Shown here one piece after another: positions 27,099 to 36,916 of a DNA stretch of 64,000 nt; within the stretch, counting starts at the first letter, position 1; every line of letters starts with the position of its first letter. Origin of the DNA: a virus. The stretch lies in IMG/VR virus record IMGVR_UViG_3300025395_000007; one strand, given 5' to 3'. The notes beneath the pieces were generated by a model. It saw only the letters and a list, made by a program, of their open reading frames with translations. It searched no databases and was not told where the DNA came from. The translations under genes and the position numbers were made by a program.

Positions 27099-30038
27099 TT
27101 GGCCACAACACCCGTTACACCTGTATTAGCCCCGCCGCAATTATCTGTTGGTAATGGTTATATCGTTACAAATACAACTACAACAATAACTACAACATCT
27201 AATGTTGGTGGCCAGCAAATAGTTGTTACACCTCATGCTAATACTGTCAGTATTGGTAACATTGTTACAGACGTTTCAATGCAACCATATATTGCAAATA
27301 GAATTGTTTCATTCTATGCATATAATATGCGACCAAATCAAAATCTTCATGTATTTTTTGATAATATTTTAGTCGACCAGTATTGCGCTCCAGGTATTGT
27401 CCCTCAATCTATAACTGATTCTTCTGATTATCATTCTATTCAAAAAAATGGTAATTGGGGTGATCCTATTGTTTCTGATCAGTTTGGTCAGGTTGCAGGC
27501 CAGTTTAATATTCCAGGTGGCACATTTAAAACAGGTGATCGTATTCTAGAACTTGCAGACGTAACTGATCTTACACAAGGTTTAGATGCATTAACAACTA
27601 AATCGACTGCGACATTTACAGCTTCTAATCTTAGTGTTACTAAAGAAAATGTAACTTTAACAACCATTAATCCAGAAATATCATACGTTCCTATATCAAA
27701 AAATGTTGTAACTACATCTGTAAATACTAGCATTACAATTAGACCAGATATTGGTACTGTATATGCAAATTGGAACGAACCAATTGCACAGGGATTGACA
27801 ATCAATACTCCATCGGGCGAAGCAGGTATATTTGCAACATCACTTGATATATTTTTCAAACAAAAAGCTCAAATTACCACTTATGGTGTTAGCGTATATC
27901 TTTGCGAAATTAAAAACGGCTATCCAGATGGTAATACAGTACTTCCATTCTCGAAAGTTCATTTACCATACGCTAATATTAATGTAAGTGCAGATTCTTC
28001 TATACCTACGAATTTTAAATTTGAAGCCCCTGTATTCCTAAACAATGGAACTGAATACGCATTTATTGTAAAACCAGATGCTGGTGATCCTGATTATTTT
28101 GTTTATAGCGCAGTTTTAGGTGACATTGATATTCAAACAGGTCAACAAGTATACACCCAGCCTACAGTTGGTGGTACAGCTTTTTATGGAGCAACCGATA
28201 CTGAGTGGACTGCTCTTCAAACTGAATATCTTAAATTTGAATTACATAGAGCTAAATTTACATCACAAAGCGCAGATGCTTATTTCAATAATCAGCCAGC
28301 TGAATTTCTTAAGATTTCTAATGTCGCTATGGTTAATACAACAGTTAGTATTATTCCAGGAGATTATGTTTTCCAAGCTACTAGTAATGTGGTTACAACT
28401 GCTCAAACTGCTGTTAATGCTATCCTCAATTACTATGATGATGTTAAAGATATTATCTACGCTGCAAATTCGTCTGGTACATTTGTTAATAATGGTGTTA
28501 TCCAAATACATAGATTTGCAAATACATTACTTGCAACTTCGCCAGGACCAAATACTACAACATTAATCGCTTCTGCTAATACAGGCGTATTATATGATGC
28601 TAAATTAAATAACATAGTACCTCAATTTGCAACTATTTCTCCTGCAGGTACTGCGCTTTCATTTAAGTATTCTGGTACAAGTAATACATATGCAGCAGAC
28701 ACTTATGAAACACCTATTAATGTAGGCAGATCAAATGAACTTTATGATTATGAAAGAATAGTTGCAAGTAGATCAAATGAAACTGGTCATATGAGCGGAG
28801 CAAGTTCTCTTACTTTACACGCTACTATGGCTACTGATTCTGAATTTCTTTCTCCTATAATCGATACTGTAAGAAATCAAGAACTTTTAGTATCTAATGA
28901 AATCGATCCAATTTCTTTCATATATGAAGAATTTTATACAAACGGTTCTTCAAAGTCAAAATATATTTCTAAAATTGTTACTTTGGCTCAAGGACAAGAT
29001 GCACAAGATCTTCAAGTAATTTTATCTGCTTATAGACCTCCAGGCTCTGATATTCAGGTTTGGACTAGATTTTTAAGTAGTCAAGATTCAGAACCTATGT
29101 CTAATAAAACATGGGTTCCTATGATCAACACGGGTGATTCATTATTCTCTAATCCAGGCAATCCATCTGATCTTCGTGAATTTACATATGTAATACCACA
29201 GTATTATGGTATGATCCCAACAAACGGTACAGCAAATGTTGTTTATAATAGTACAACATTAACAGGCAATGGAACTCAATTTGGCACAGACGTTAAAGTT
29301 GGATGGTGGATCAATTTCCTTGCTAATTCTACATTTAATGAAGCTTCTAGACAGGTTGTATCTATTGCAAATACCACTTCATTGACTTTAAGTAGCGCAT
29401 TTAATAGCAGTACAGGTTATGCAAATGTTCAATATTTTGTCGTTGCACCACCAACTACTCCATGGCTTTCAACACAAGCTTCTGTTCCATTAATCGGAAC
29501 TGTTTCTGTTAATACTACTTCGGCTGCTATTACTGGATTTAGTAATACACAATCGGGAACATTGAATAGTAATACATTAGTAACTAGCTTATCTAATACT
29601 GCTGCTTTAGTAGCTGGTATGATTGTTACTGGTACTGGTTTACCTTCAAATAGTGTAGTATATGTTGCTAACGTTGTTAATGGTACTTCTATTAATCTAA
29701 GTGCTAATGCAACTTCAACTGGTTCGCAAAGCCTTACGTTTACTTCTAACTTTGTTGGACAATTACTTCCAGGAACTATTGTAAATATTGCAAGCGATCA
29801 GCAAGTAATAGTGTCAGTAACAAATGCTATTTCTGCTGTTATTGGTACACCATGGTCATCAACGGTTTCTAATACAGCTGCTAGTATCATAACACCTACT
29901 GGTCTTTCATATTATAATTCATCGTTCAATCAATATTCAACTCTCAACAGATTTCAGATCAAAATTATTTTACAATCAAATGACAGTTCAGCTGTTCCGC
30001 TTGTAGATGATGTTAGAGCTTTGGCGATGCAACTATGA
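27099..30038 (+). CDS. large virion structural protein, VrlC-like C-terminal part
   Basis: AGGAG SD plus TTG; EPIAQ..GIFATSLDIFF, TNFKFEAPVFL..EYA, SKYISKIVTL, FQIKIIL..VP.V.DVRALA. Confidence 0.8.
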   Translation: MATTPVTPVLAPPQLSVGNGYIVTNTTTTITTTSNVGGQQIVVTPHANTVSIGNIVTDVSMQPYIANRIVSFYAYNMRPNQNLHVFFDNILVDQYCAPGIVPQSITDSSDYHSIQKNGNWGDPIVSDQFGQVAGQFNIPGGTFKTGDRILELADVTDLTQGLDALTTKSTATFTASNLSVTKENVTLTTINPEISYVPISKNVVTTSVNTSITIRPDIGTVYANWNEPIAQGLTINTPSGEAGIFATSLDIFFKQKAQITTYGVSVYLCEIKNGYPDGNTVLPFSKVHLPYANINVSADSSIPTNFKFEAPVFLNNGTEYAFIVKPDAGDPDYFVYSAVLGDIDIQTGQQVYTQPTVGGTAFYGATDTEWTALQTEYLKFELHRAKFTSQSADAYFNNQPAEFLKISNVAMVNTTVSIIPGDYVFQATSNVVTTAQTAVNAILNYYDDVKDIIYAANSSGTFVNNGVIQIHRFANTLLATSPGPNTTTLIASANTGVLYDAKLNNIVPQFATISPAGTALSFKYSGTSNTYAADTYETPINVGRSNELYDYERIVASRSNETGHMSGASSLTLHATMATDSEFLSPIIDTVRNQELLVSNEIDPISFIYEEFYTNGSSKSKYISKIVTLAQGQDAQDLQVILSAYRPPGSDIQVWTRFLSSQDSEPMSNKTWVPMINTGDSLFSNPGNPSDLREFTYVIPQYYGMIPTNGTANVVYNSTTLTGNGTQFGTDVKVGWWINFLANSTFNEASRQVVSIANTTSLTLSSAFNSSTGYANVQYFVVAPPTTPWLSTQASVPLIGTVSVNTTSAAITGFSNTQSGTLNSNTLVTSLSNTAALVAGMIVTGTGLPSNSVVYVANVVNGTSINLSANATSTGSQSLTFTSNFVGQLLPGTIVNIASDQQVIVSVTNAISAVIGTPWSSTVSNTAASIITPTGLSYYNSSFNQYSTLNRFQIKIILQSNDSSAVPLVDDVRALAMQL

Positions 30039-30247
30039 CGAATAAATATGTGAAGACAGACGTTGAAGGTTTTGTAAAAGACCCTAACAATGGCGCTGTT
30101 TTGAGCGTTGATTATGTAGGTTTAGATGCATATAGAAAACAAAAACAGAATGCTTTGAAAGCTGAACGTGCTAATATTAGATTAGATTCAGTTGAAAAAG
30201 ACTTAGGCGAAATTAAGCAAATGCTTCAACAGTTATTACAGAGATAA
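30035..30247 (+). CDS. small coiled-coil hypothetical protein
   Basis: VKDP..GAVL, LGEIKQMLQQLL; overlaps upstream stop (ATGA). Confidence 0.75.
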   Translation: MTNKYVKTDVEGFVKDPNNGAVLSVDYVGLDAYRKQKQNALKAERANIRLDSVEKDLGEIKQMLQQLLQR

Positions 30248-30252
30248 AATAA

Positions 30253-30942
30253 ATGACTTGGTTAATTACAAATATCGCAAATACAGATACTTTCCAGAAA
30301 TGGCTTGACACAACTAATTATCTCGTCAATGCTGTGTCCACTGCAGCTGTTACTGTCGGTAACGCTGCTGTAGGTTCAGCTGGTGTTACTGCTACGTTTA
30401 CAGCAAACGCTATTACAACAAATAACGTAACTATTAATGCTAATCTTTCAGTTAACGCTATTTCTATTGGCAATAGTAGTATTAATACCATCGCTAATTC
30501 TTCTATATTATTAATCTCTAATACAACTGCTAACATTTCATTGACAATACCAACGGCTGCGCAAATTTCAAATGGCCAATATTATCATAATGCAAATGGT
30601 GCATGGTCTGCAATTGTTTCTCCATATAGTCCTGCTACTAATAATTCTGTTACCACAACAGGTACTAGTGCGCAGGTTATTGACTCTTATCTAATTTCAA
30701 CATATCATGCGGCTGAATATTTGGTAAATGTTATTGATAATCAAACAAGTTATAATAGATATACATCTAAAATAATTGTATCGACCGATGGCGGCAGCAA
30801 TAATTTCATTACAGAATACGCTGAATTTGGCAATAACGCATTAGGTGTATTCACTGTTTCTTCTAATGCTAGTAGTATTATATTAAATTATACACCAGCT
30901 TCCGTAAGTACAACAGTTAGATATGTTAGGACTATCATCTAA
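30253..30942 (+). CDS. virion structural/fibre adaptor protein
   Basis: N-terminal TDTFQKW..TN; C-terminal VIDSY..YHAAEYLV..TEYA domain seen in phage fibre proteins. Confidence 0.65.
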   Translation: MTWLITNIANTDTFQKWLDTTNYLVNAVSTAAVTVGNAAVGSAGVTATFTANAITTNNVTINANLSVNAISIGNSSINTIANSSILLISNTTANISLTIPTAAQISNGQYYHNANGAWSAIVSPYSPATNNSVTTTGTSAQVIDSYLISTYHAAEYLVNVIDNQTSYNRYTSKIIVSTDGGSNNFITEYAEFGNNALGVFTVSSNASSIILNYTPASVSTTVRYVRTII

Positions 30943-31325
30943 TGGCTACAAAAGCTAACTTAGTAATCGATCAAGGCACAACATTTTCCACTGATTTATC
31001 GCTGCAAGATAAAAATGGTGATCCGCTCAGCTTGGGTGGATTTACTGCAAATTCTGTAATCAAAAAATGGTATACTTCTCAAACTTCTGTTCCATTTAAT
31101 GTTTCTATCAATACAGCTTCTGGAACTATTACTTTAGAATTAGATGCTAGTACTTCTGCTAATTTATATGCTGGAAGATATGTTTATGATGTTGATATTA
31201 CAGAAACTGCTACGGGTACGGTTTCTAGAGTAGTTGAAGGTATTATCACTGTTACTCCATCTGTTACTGCTGGAATTTTCTCAACCAATAATACATGGTT
31301 TGCCAATGGTTATACTAATGGTTGA
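30942..31325 (+). CDS. virion structural protein (BppU-like Ig-fold adaptor)
   Basis: NLVIDQGTTF, GRYVYDV, RVVEGIITVTPSVT. Confidence 0.7.
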   Translation: MATKANLVIDQGTTFSTDLSLQDKNGDPLSLGGFTANSVIKKWYTSQTSVPFNVSINTASGTITLELDASTSANLYAGRYVYDVDITETATGTVSRVVEGIITVTPSVTAGIFSTNNTWFANGYTNG

Positions 31326-31330
31326 TAATA

Positions 31331-31705
31331 ATGACCATTATATCTAATGTAACAGTATCTAATAAAAACGCAGTTGCAGTTTCTGTTTCGCAAAACGAGG
31401 GTATTACCATATCAAATACTTCCGCTATTACCACAATTACTAATGTAATAGTAGCTGATAAAAGATCAATATCAGTCTCTAGCAATGCTATAGCTGGCAT
31501 TATAAACACTACAACACCTGTTACTTTAATACCGACGCCGACTATGGCTAGTGGCGCTTCGACATTAGAATCTCTTACCGATGTGGTTTCTACTGGTGAA
31601 ACTACTGGTGACACTTTAGTTTATGATTCAAATACAAAAACATGGATTGCGCAACCGCTTGATTTGTCAAATGTTACTGGTGGATTAGACGGTGGGACCT
31701 TTTAA
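31331..31705 (+). CDS. small fibre-associated protein ending in LDGGTF
   Basis: LESLTDV..GDTLVYDS..W repeat-type motif and terminal LDGGTF. Confidence 0.65.
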   Translation: MTIISNVTVSNKNAVAVSVSQNEGITISNTSAITTITNVIVADKRSISVSSNAIAGIINTTTPVTLIPTPTMASGASTLESLTDVVSTGETTGDTLVYDSNTKTWIAQPLDLSNVTGGLDGGTF

Positions 31706-31740
31706 ATAATAAATAGATAAAATTATAAAGGGACCAAAAC

Positions 31741-33879
31741 ATGGCCAACAATAGAATTCAAATTAAAAGAAGTGCGGCGACTTCTTCGCCAACAACATTA
31801 AATCCAGGCGAACTGGCATTTAGTAACGTAACTGGTGGTTCAGGCGTTCTCTTCATTGGTTCTACTGATGGCGCTACAGTTGTTCCTATCGCTGGTGTTA
31901 GAAATCCAGGAACACTTACTGCAAACCAAGCATTGGTTGCAAACTCGACTTCTGGTATCAATCAGATTATCACTTCCAATGTTACCTTACAATATCTTTC
32001 CGCTAACGGTTCTTATGGTACTGGAGGTTATTTTCTAGCCTCTGGTGGTACTAGCACTAATGCATATTGGGTTTCTGCGGGTTCAGTTGGTGTTAATGTA
32101 AATGCTCAGTATGCATGGACTAATACACAATCCTATTCAAATACAATTACATTTAATGGTTGGATTCAATCTACAAATGCTATTTCAGCAAATGGTTCTA
32201 ATGGTACTTCTGGATATGTTCTAGCTTCTGGTGGTAATGGTAACGTATATTGGGTTGCACCTGCAAGTTTATCACTTAATACATCTGCACAATATACTTG
32301 GTCTAACACCCAGACTTTTCAAAACACTATTACGTTCAGTACTTCAATTCTTGCTAATACAGTTAACGCTGCATCATATACCGTCGGTACATGGGGCGGT
32401 GCAGCTAATGCATTCATTGCTAATAGCTCATTCGTTGGATGGGGTAATACAACAGCAAACGTGCAAATAGCATGGGATAGCACTGGTCAAGATTTACTAT
32501 CTATCGGTGGTAATATTAATAACTATGTAGAAGCTGCTATTTGGAATAGTAATACAGGCGTTTCGGCCTCTGCTGATTTTAGCATTAATGATAATAACGG
32601 TCTTTATTCTAATAACTATATCGATATTGGTATTAATGGTTCTAACTGGTCGAATACTCTTTGGACTATCAGTGGTCCTTCTGATGGTTATATTTACACA
32701 GGTAATACCAATCTTTCTATCGGTACAGCAGCTGCTTCGTATATTAACTTCTTTACCAATGGCACTCTTGCTGGTAATGAACGTATGCGTATTACTTCTG
32801 GTGGTAACGTTGGTATCAATAATACCGCTCCAACGAATCAGCTATCTGTAAACGGTTCAACTTATCTTGGTGGTACTGTTAACGTATCCGCAAACGTTGT
32901 TGGTGTTAATGCTTACTTTACAAATATTAACGCTTCAGCTAACGTTTATGCAACTACAGTTTACGCCAACGTAACTGGTACATACGCAAATATTACAGGT
33001 CAAGTAAATACAGCTACGATTTATGCAGCAACTTCTGCTAACGTAGGCACTTACTTTACTGTTAACTCAACTGCTATTTCTGCTGCAGTCAATACTACAA
33101 TTTCTGGCGCCAACCTTTACGTTAATACAACAAATACTGATTTTGCTTCAAATACAACGCTTGCTGGTACAAATACTTCAATTACCTCAAACGTTCAGAT
33201 ATCTGGCAGTAACACTTATATTAGTTCTAACGTAACATTTGCTGGCGCTAATATTGACGCTACATCATCTACTCTTCGTGTGCGTGATATCACTGCTTCT
33301 GGTAACCTTATAGTTACTGGTTCAGTTGTTACTGTTAATACAACCACGCTTCAAGTTAATGATAACGTAATTGAAATTGGTTTTAATAACGGTGGCCTTT
33401 CAACTGATCTTATCGACACTGGTATCTATTCGCCATCTAATACTGGTGGCAGTGTTATCTATTCTGGCGTTGCTCGTATTGCTGCTTCTTCAAATACAAC
33501 TGTTCCTTGGTATAAGATCTTTAATACAGCAACTAATCCAAATAGTGGGTTGACTATTGTAAGCTCTACAACTGGCGCTCTACAGGCTTATCTATATCCA
33601 TATGGTCTTGGTGGGGCTTTTGTTGCTAACTCAACTGTTGTTAATATAACAGCAAATGGTACTCTTTCAGCTACTATTACTGCTAATACTTTAACACTAA
33701 CAACTAACCTTGCTACTACTTCAGGCGGTACTGGTCAAAATGCATATTCTTCTGGTGATTTATTGGTTGGTAATACCGCCAATGCTTTAACAAGATTAGG
33801 TATCGGTACAGACGGATATGTTCTTCAAGTTAATGGAACAACTGTTGCTTGGAATACTTTAGATGGTGGAACATTTTAA
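31741..33879 (+). CDS. tail fibre protein with Mtd_N-like N-terminal domain
   Basis: IQIKRS..PTTLNPGELAF; ERMRITSGGNVGI; ends in LDGGTF. Confidence 0.8.
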   Translation: MANNRIQIKRSAATSSPTTLNPGELAFSNVTGGSGVLFIGSTDGATVVPIAGVRNPGTLTANQALVANSTSGINQIITSNVTLQYLSANGSYGTGGYFLASGGTSTNAYWVSAGSVGVNVNAQYAWTNTQSYSNTITFNGWIQSTNAISANGSNGTSGYVLASGGNGNVYWVAPASLSLNTSAQYTWSNTQTFQNTITFSTSILANTVNAASYTVGTWGGAANAFIANSSFVGWGNTTANVQIAWDSTGQDLLSIGGNINNYVEAAIWNSNTGVSASADFSINDNNGLYSNNYIDIGINGSNWSNTLWTISGPSDGYIYTGNTNLSIGTAAASYINFFTNGTLAGNERMRITSGGNVGINNTAPTNQLSVNGSTYLGGTVNVSANVVGVNAYFTNINASANVYATTVYANVTGTYANITGQVNTATIYAATSANVGTYFTVNSTAISAAVNTTISGANLYVNTTNTDFASNTTLAGTNTSITSNVQISGSNTYISSNVTFAGANIDATSSTLRVRDITASGNLIVTGSVVTVNTTTLQVNDNVIEIGFNNGGLSTDLIDTGIYSPSNTGGSVIYSGVARIAASSNTTVPWYKIFNTATNPNSGLTIVSSTTGALQAYLYPYGLGGAFVANSTVVNITANGTLSATITANTLTLTTNLATTSGGTGQNAYSSGDLLVGNTANALTRLGIGTDGYVLQVNGTTVAWNTLDGGTF

Positions 33880-33894
33880 TTAAGTGGAGTTATT

Positions 33895-34104
33895 ATGGAT
33901 ACTGAATTTGTAAATTTATATATTGAACGAATTGTCAAAGAAGTTGAGGAGTTGACTAAAGCTCGACTCCTCAATGAAGCTAAAACTAATTATCTTGAAA
34001 ATGCAAATCAAAAATTGATTAAGCATATCGAACAGTTAGAAATGCAAATAGAAAAACAAAATAAAAAAACTAAAAAAGAAGTAAATACTTTAGAACAATT
34101 TTAA
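33895..34104 (+). CDS. small coiled-coil protein (possible fibre chaperone)
   Basis: GGAG SD; charged heptad pattern; lies between two fibre genes. Confidence 0.65.
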   Translation: MDTEFVNLYIERIVKEVEELTKARLLNEAKTNYLENANQKLIKHIEQLEMQIEKQNKKTKKEVNTLEQF

Positions 34105-34135
34105 ACCTCGGTAAATACCGATATGAGGACGCCAT

Positions 34136-36916
34136 ATGGCTAATAATATATTTCAGGTAAAGAGAACCAGCACAGCTGGCAGAACTCCAAATACCACAAA
34201 TGCATCAAATAGTCAATATATTAATCCAGGCGAGCTCGCGCTCAATATGGCTGATGGTATTTTGTATACATCAGACGGTACAAATTTAATTAATATCGGC
34301 GCTAACTCAGTTAACGTCTCTGCTCAGTATACTTGGACCAACACGCAAACTTTCAGTAATACGATTACATTCTCTGGTGTTGGATTTGGTACAGTTACTG
34401 CCGCTTCGAATACAGATTTAACCAAACATATCGCACTTTACAGCACAACTTATGGTTTCAACGTTACCGCTTCTACACTAAACTATAACTCAGGTAGTGC
34501 TCATGTATTCAGAGCTGCAGGTACTGAGTATCTTCGCGCAAATACTATTGGTACAACAGTAAACGGCTATTTTGGTGTTGGTGCTTCTGCAGTTGCTGGT
34601 AGAACTGTTAACCTTGGAAAGACTATTACTGGCGCTGCTACTTCTTATGGTATTTACGGCGGCGGAACTGTCAATACTGACGTAATTACAACTGCATACG
34701 GTTTTTATTCTACACCAACGATGACTGCACAAGGCACTATCAGTAACATTATTGATTTTGCTAGTGCTGGCGCTGCACTTCCTGCAAATAGCTATGCTAC
34801 TAACAAATATAGTTATGTTTCTAGTGCTGCTTCTTATGGCATTAATAACTATGGTTTCTATAGTAATATGGGCGCAACTTATACTGCTACTATTAATAAC
34901 GTAGCAGTTACTTCATTGGTTGCAACTATCACTACTGCTGCAGTGCATAATATTCCTGTTGGACAAACAGTGGCAATCACTGGACTAACAAACTCAGTGC
35001 TTAATGGTACATATGTTGTTACTGCTTGCCCAACCACAACGACATTTACATTTACTACAGCTTCTGGTGATATAGCATCAGTAACTGACTCAGGTACTGT
35101 CACAATTGGTGTTGCTAATAATCGATATAACCTCTATATGCAAGGCAGTGCATCAAATTATCTAAACGGCAACACTGCTATCGGTAGCGTTTCAAATATA
35201 CCATACACAAAATTTAGTGTTACAGGTACCAATTTGGCCGTTGGTATTACTAATCCAGGTTCTCTCGGTAATACTGTTGCTGTGCCGAATGGTTATTTTG
35301 GTACAGGTAATAATAACGGTGGCGCTTTTTACTTTGGTGTAACAACTTTTGCAAATAGCTCCAGCCCTACAGGTGGCGTTGAGGCTGGTTGGCAAGGTAC
35401 AACAAATCCTTCTATAGCTATCGGTACACTTCGTGGTGATAACCGCAACTATATGATTCAAGATTATGGTGGTAGAACTTACTTCAACTACCAAACCACT
35501 CAGCTGGCTACGACTCTTGTATCTGGCGTCCAGTATACTATTCTTAGTAACAGCGCATCTTCGAACTCTACCGACTTTACACAGTTTGGCGCAGCTGACA
35601 GTAATCCAGGAACTGTATTTACTGCAACTATATCTGGTAATGCTGCATCTGGTAATGGTGCTGCTATACCTTCTGCAATCGGCGCCAATACTCGTTTATT
35701 CATTGCAGCTAATGGTAACGTAGGTATTGCTAACAACAATCCTGCAGATAAACTATCGGTTAACGGTACAGTAAATGCTACATCGCATACAGTTGGTGCT
35801 ACATTTACAGCCAATTCTACTGGTGTTTATACAACTGGTGTTGTCAATTCTGCTTCTCACACAGTAGGCACTGCATTTACAGCTAACTCATCGATGACTA
35901 ATACGGTTTCTTTAGTAGTCTCGACTAATGTGGCTACGATTGGCACAGCTGCATATTTTATATCAAATGGCAACATAGGCATTGGTACTAATACACCAAA
36001 TGCATCACTTTCGATTACTCCTTCAACTGCTTCTGGTACTGCAGGAGCAGTAAATAAGATACGCGTATATGATGATAATTCAGGATCATTATATGGTCTG
36101 GGCGTTTCAACTGCTTCTTTAGATATCGTGACGGGATATGGTGGACAGATTAATTTCTATGGTGGTGGCAACACTCCAATTTTACTTGCTAGGATAGATA
36201 GTCAAGGAAATGCTGCTTTTGGAGAAACTAGCGATACAGCCAGAGCTGCAATAACAGGATATGCTGTTAATAATGCTGCAGGTTTATATGTTTTTGGTGG
36301 CGGTGGCGGTGGCACATATACTGATATTATGGGCGCTAACTATGACAGTTGGACAGGTGGAGCTCCTGGTACTATAAGATTTTATGATAGTAATTATAGT
36401 GCTGATATAGCATTCTTGATGAAAACTCAAGGTGCTAGCACTACACCTAGCAACGAACGTGTTCGTTTTTCTGCTAACGGTAATGTGGGTATTGGTAATG
36501 CTGCACCAATTGATAAATTGTCAGTCAATGGCACAACTTATTTTGGAGCGAACGTAAAAATTGCAGCTGGTATATCTGTTATCGATTCAACAGGATCTGG
36601 AGGTACTATCGGTCAAGTACTGACTTCAAATGGAACAGGTAACGTATACTGGGCGGCAGTAACAGCATCAATAAATACTACTGCTCAGTATACTTGGTCT
36701 AATACTCAAACATTTTCAGCTAACCAAACATTATTTACTAGTAGCAATGCAGCGCCGAATGCGATTGCTGGCGCTATTATTTCAAATGGTGGTATAGCTG
36801 CAAATGGTAACATATATACTGCAGGTCGTATAGGTTACGCTAACTCAACTGGCGCTAACCAAGCTTATACATATTATAATGCAACAGTAGGTAGTCTTGA
36901 CACGGTGTTTGGATAA
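34136..36916 (+). CDS. tail fibre protein with Mtd_N-like N-terminal domain
   Basis: FQVKRTS..GRTP..INPGELALNMADGILY; repeated NGNVGI..P.DKLSVNG knobs. Confidence 0.8.
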   Translation: MANNIFQVKRTSTAGRTPNTTNASNSQYINPGELALNMADGILYTSDGTNLINIGANSVNVSAQYTWTNTQTFSNTITFSGVGFGTVTAASNTDLTKHIALYSTTYGFNVTASTLNYNSGSAHVFRAAGTEYLRANTIGTTVNGYFGVGASAVAGRTVNLGKTITGAATSYGIYGGGTVNTDVITTAYGFYSTPTMTAQGTISNIIDFASAGAALPANSYATNKYSYVSSAASYGINNYGFYSNMGATYTATINNVAVTSLVATITTAAVHNIPVGQTVAITGLTNSVLNGTYVVTACPTTTTFTFTTASGDIASVTDSGTVTIGVANNRYNLYMQGSASNYLNGNTAIGSVSNIPYTKFSVTGTNLAVGITNPGSLGNTVAVPNGYFGTGNNNGGAFYFGVTTFANSSSPTGGVEAGWQGTTNPSIAIGTLRGDNRNYMIQDYGGRTYFNYQTTQLATTLVSGVQYTILSNSASSNSTDFTQFGAADSNPGTVFTATISGNAASGNGAAIPSAIGANTRLFIAANGNVGIANNNPADKLSVNGTVNATSHTVGATFTANSTGVYTTGVVNSASHTVGTAFTANSSMTNTVSLVVSTNVATIGTAAYFISNGNIGIGTNTPNASLSITPSTASGTAGAVNKIRVYDDNSGSLYGLGVSTASLDIVTGYGGQINFYGGGNTPILLARIDSQGNAAFGETSDTARAAITGYAVNNAAGLYVFGGGGGGTYTDIMGANYDSWTGGAPGTIRFYDSNYSADIAFLMKTQGASTTPSNERVRFSANGNVGIGNAAPIDKLSVNGTTYFGANVKIAAGISVIDSTGSGGTIGQVLTSNGTGNVYWAAVTASINTTAQYTWSNTQTFSANQTLFTSSNAAPNAIAGAIISNGGIAANGNIYTAGRIGYANSTGANQAYTYYNATVGSLDTVFG

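Noticed and set aside
27060-27101. Readthrough or frameshift fusing the two VrlC-like ORFs
   Set aside because: Different frames, tandem TAA TAA, an in-frame TAG at 27087 and a dedicated AGGAG-TTG start
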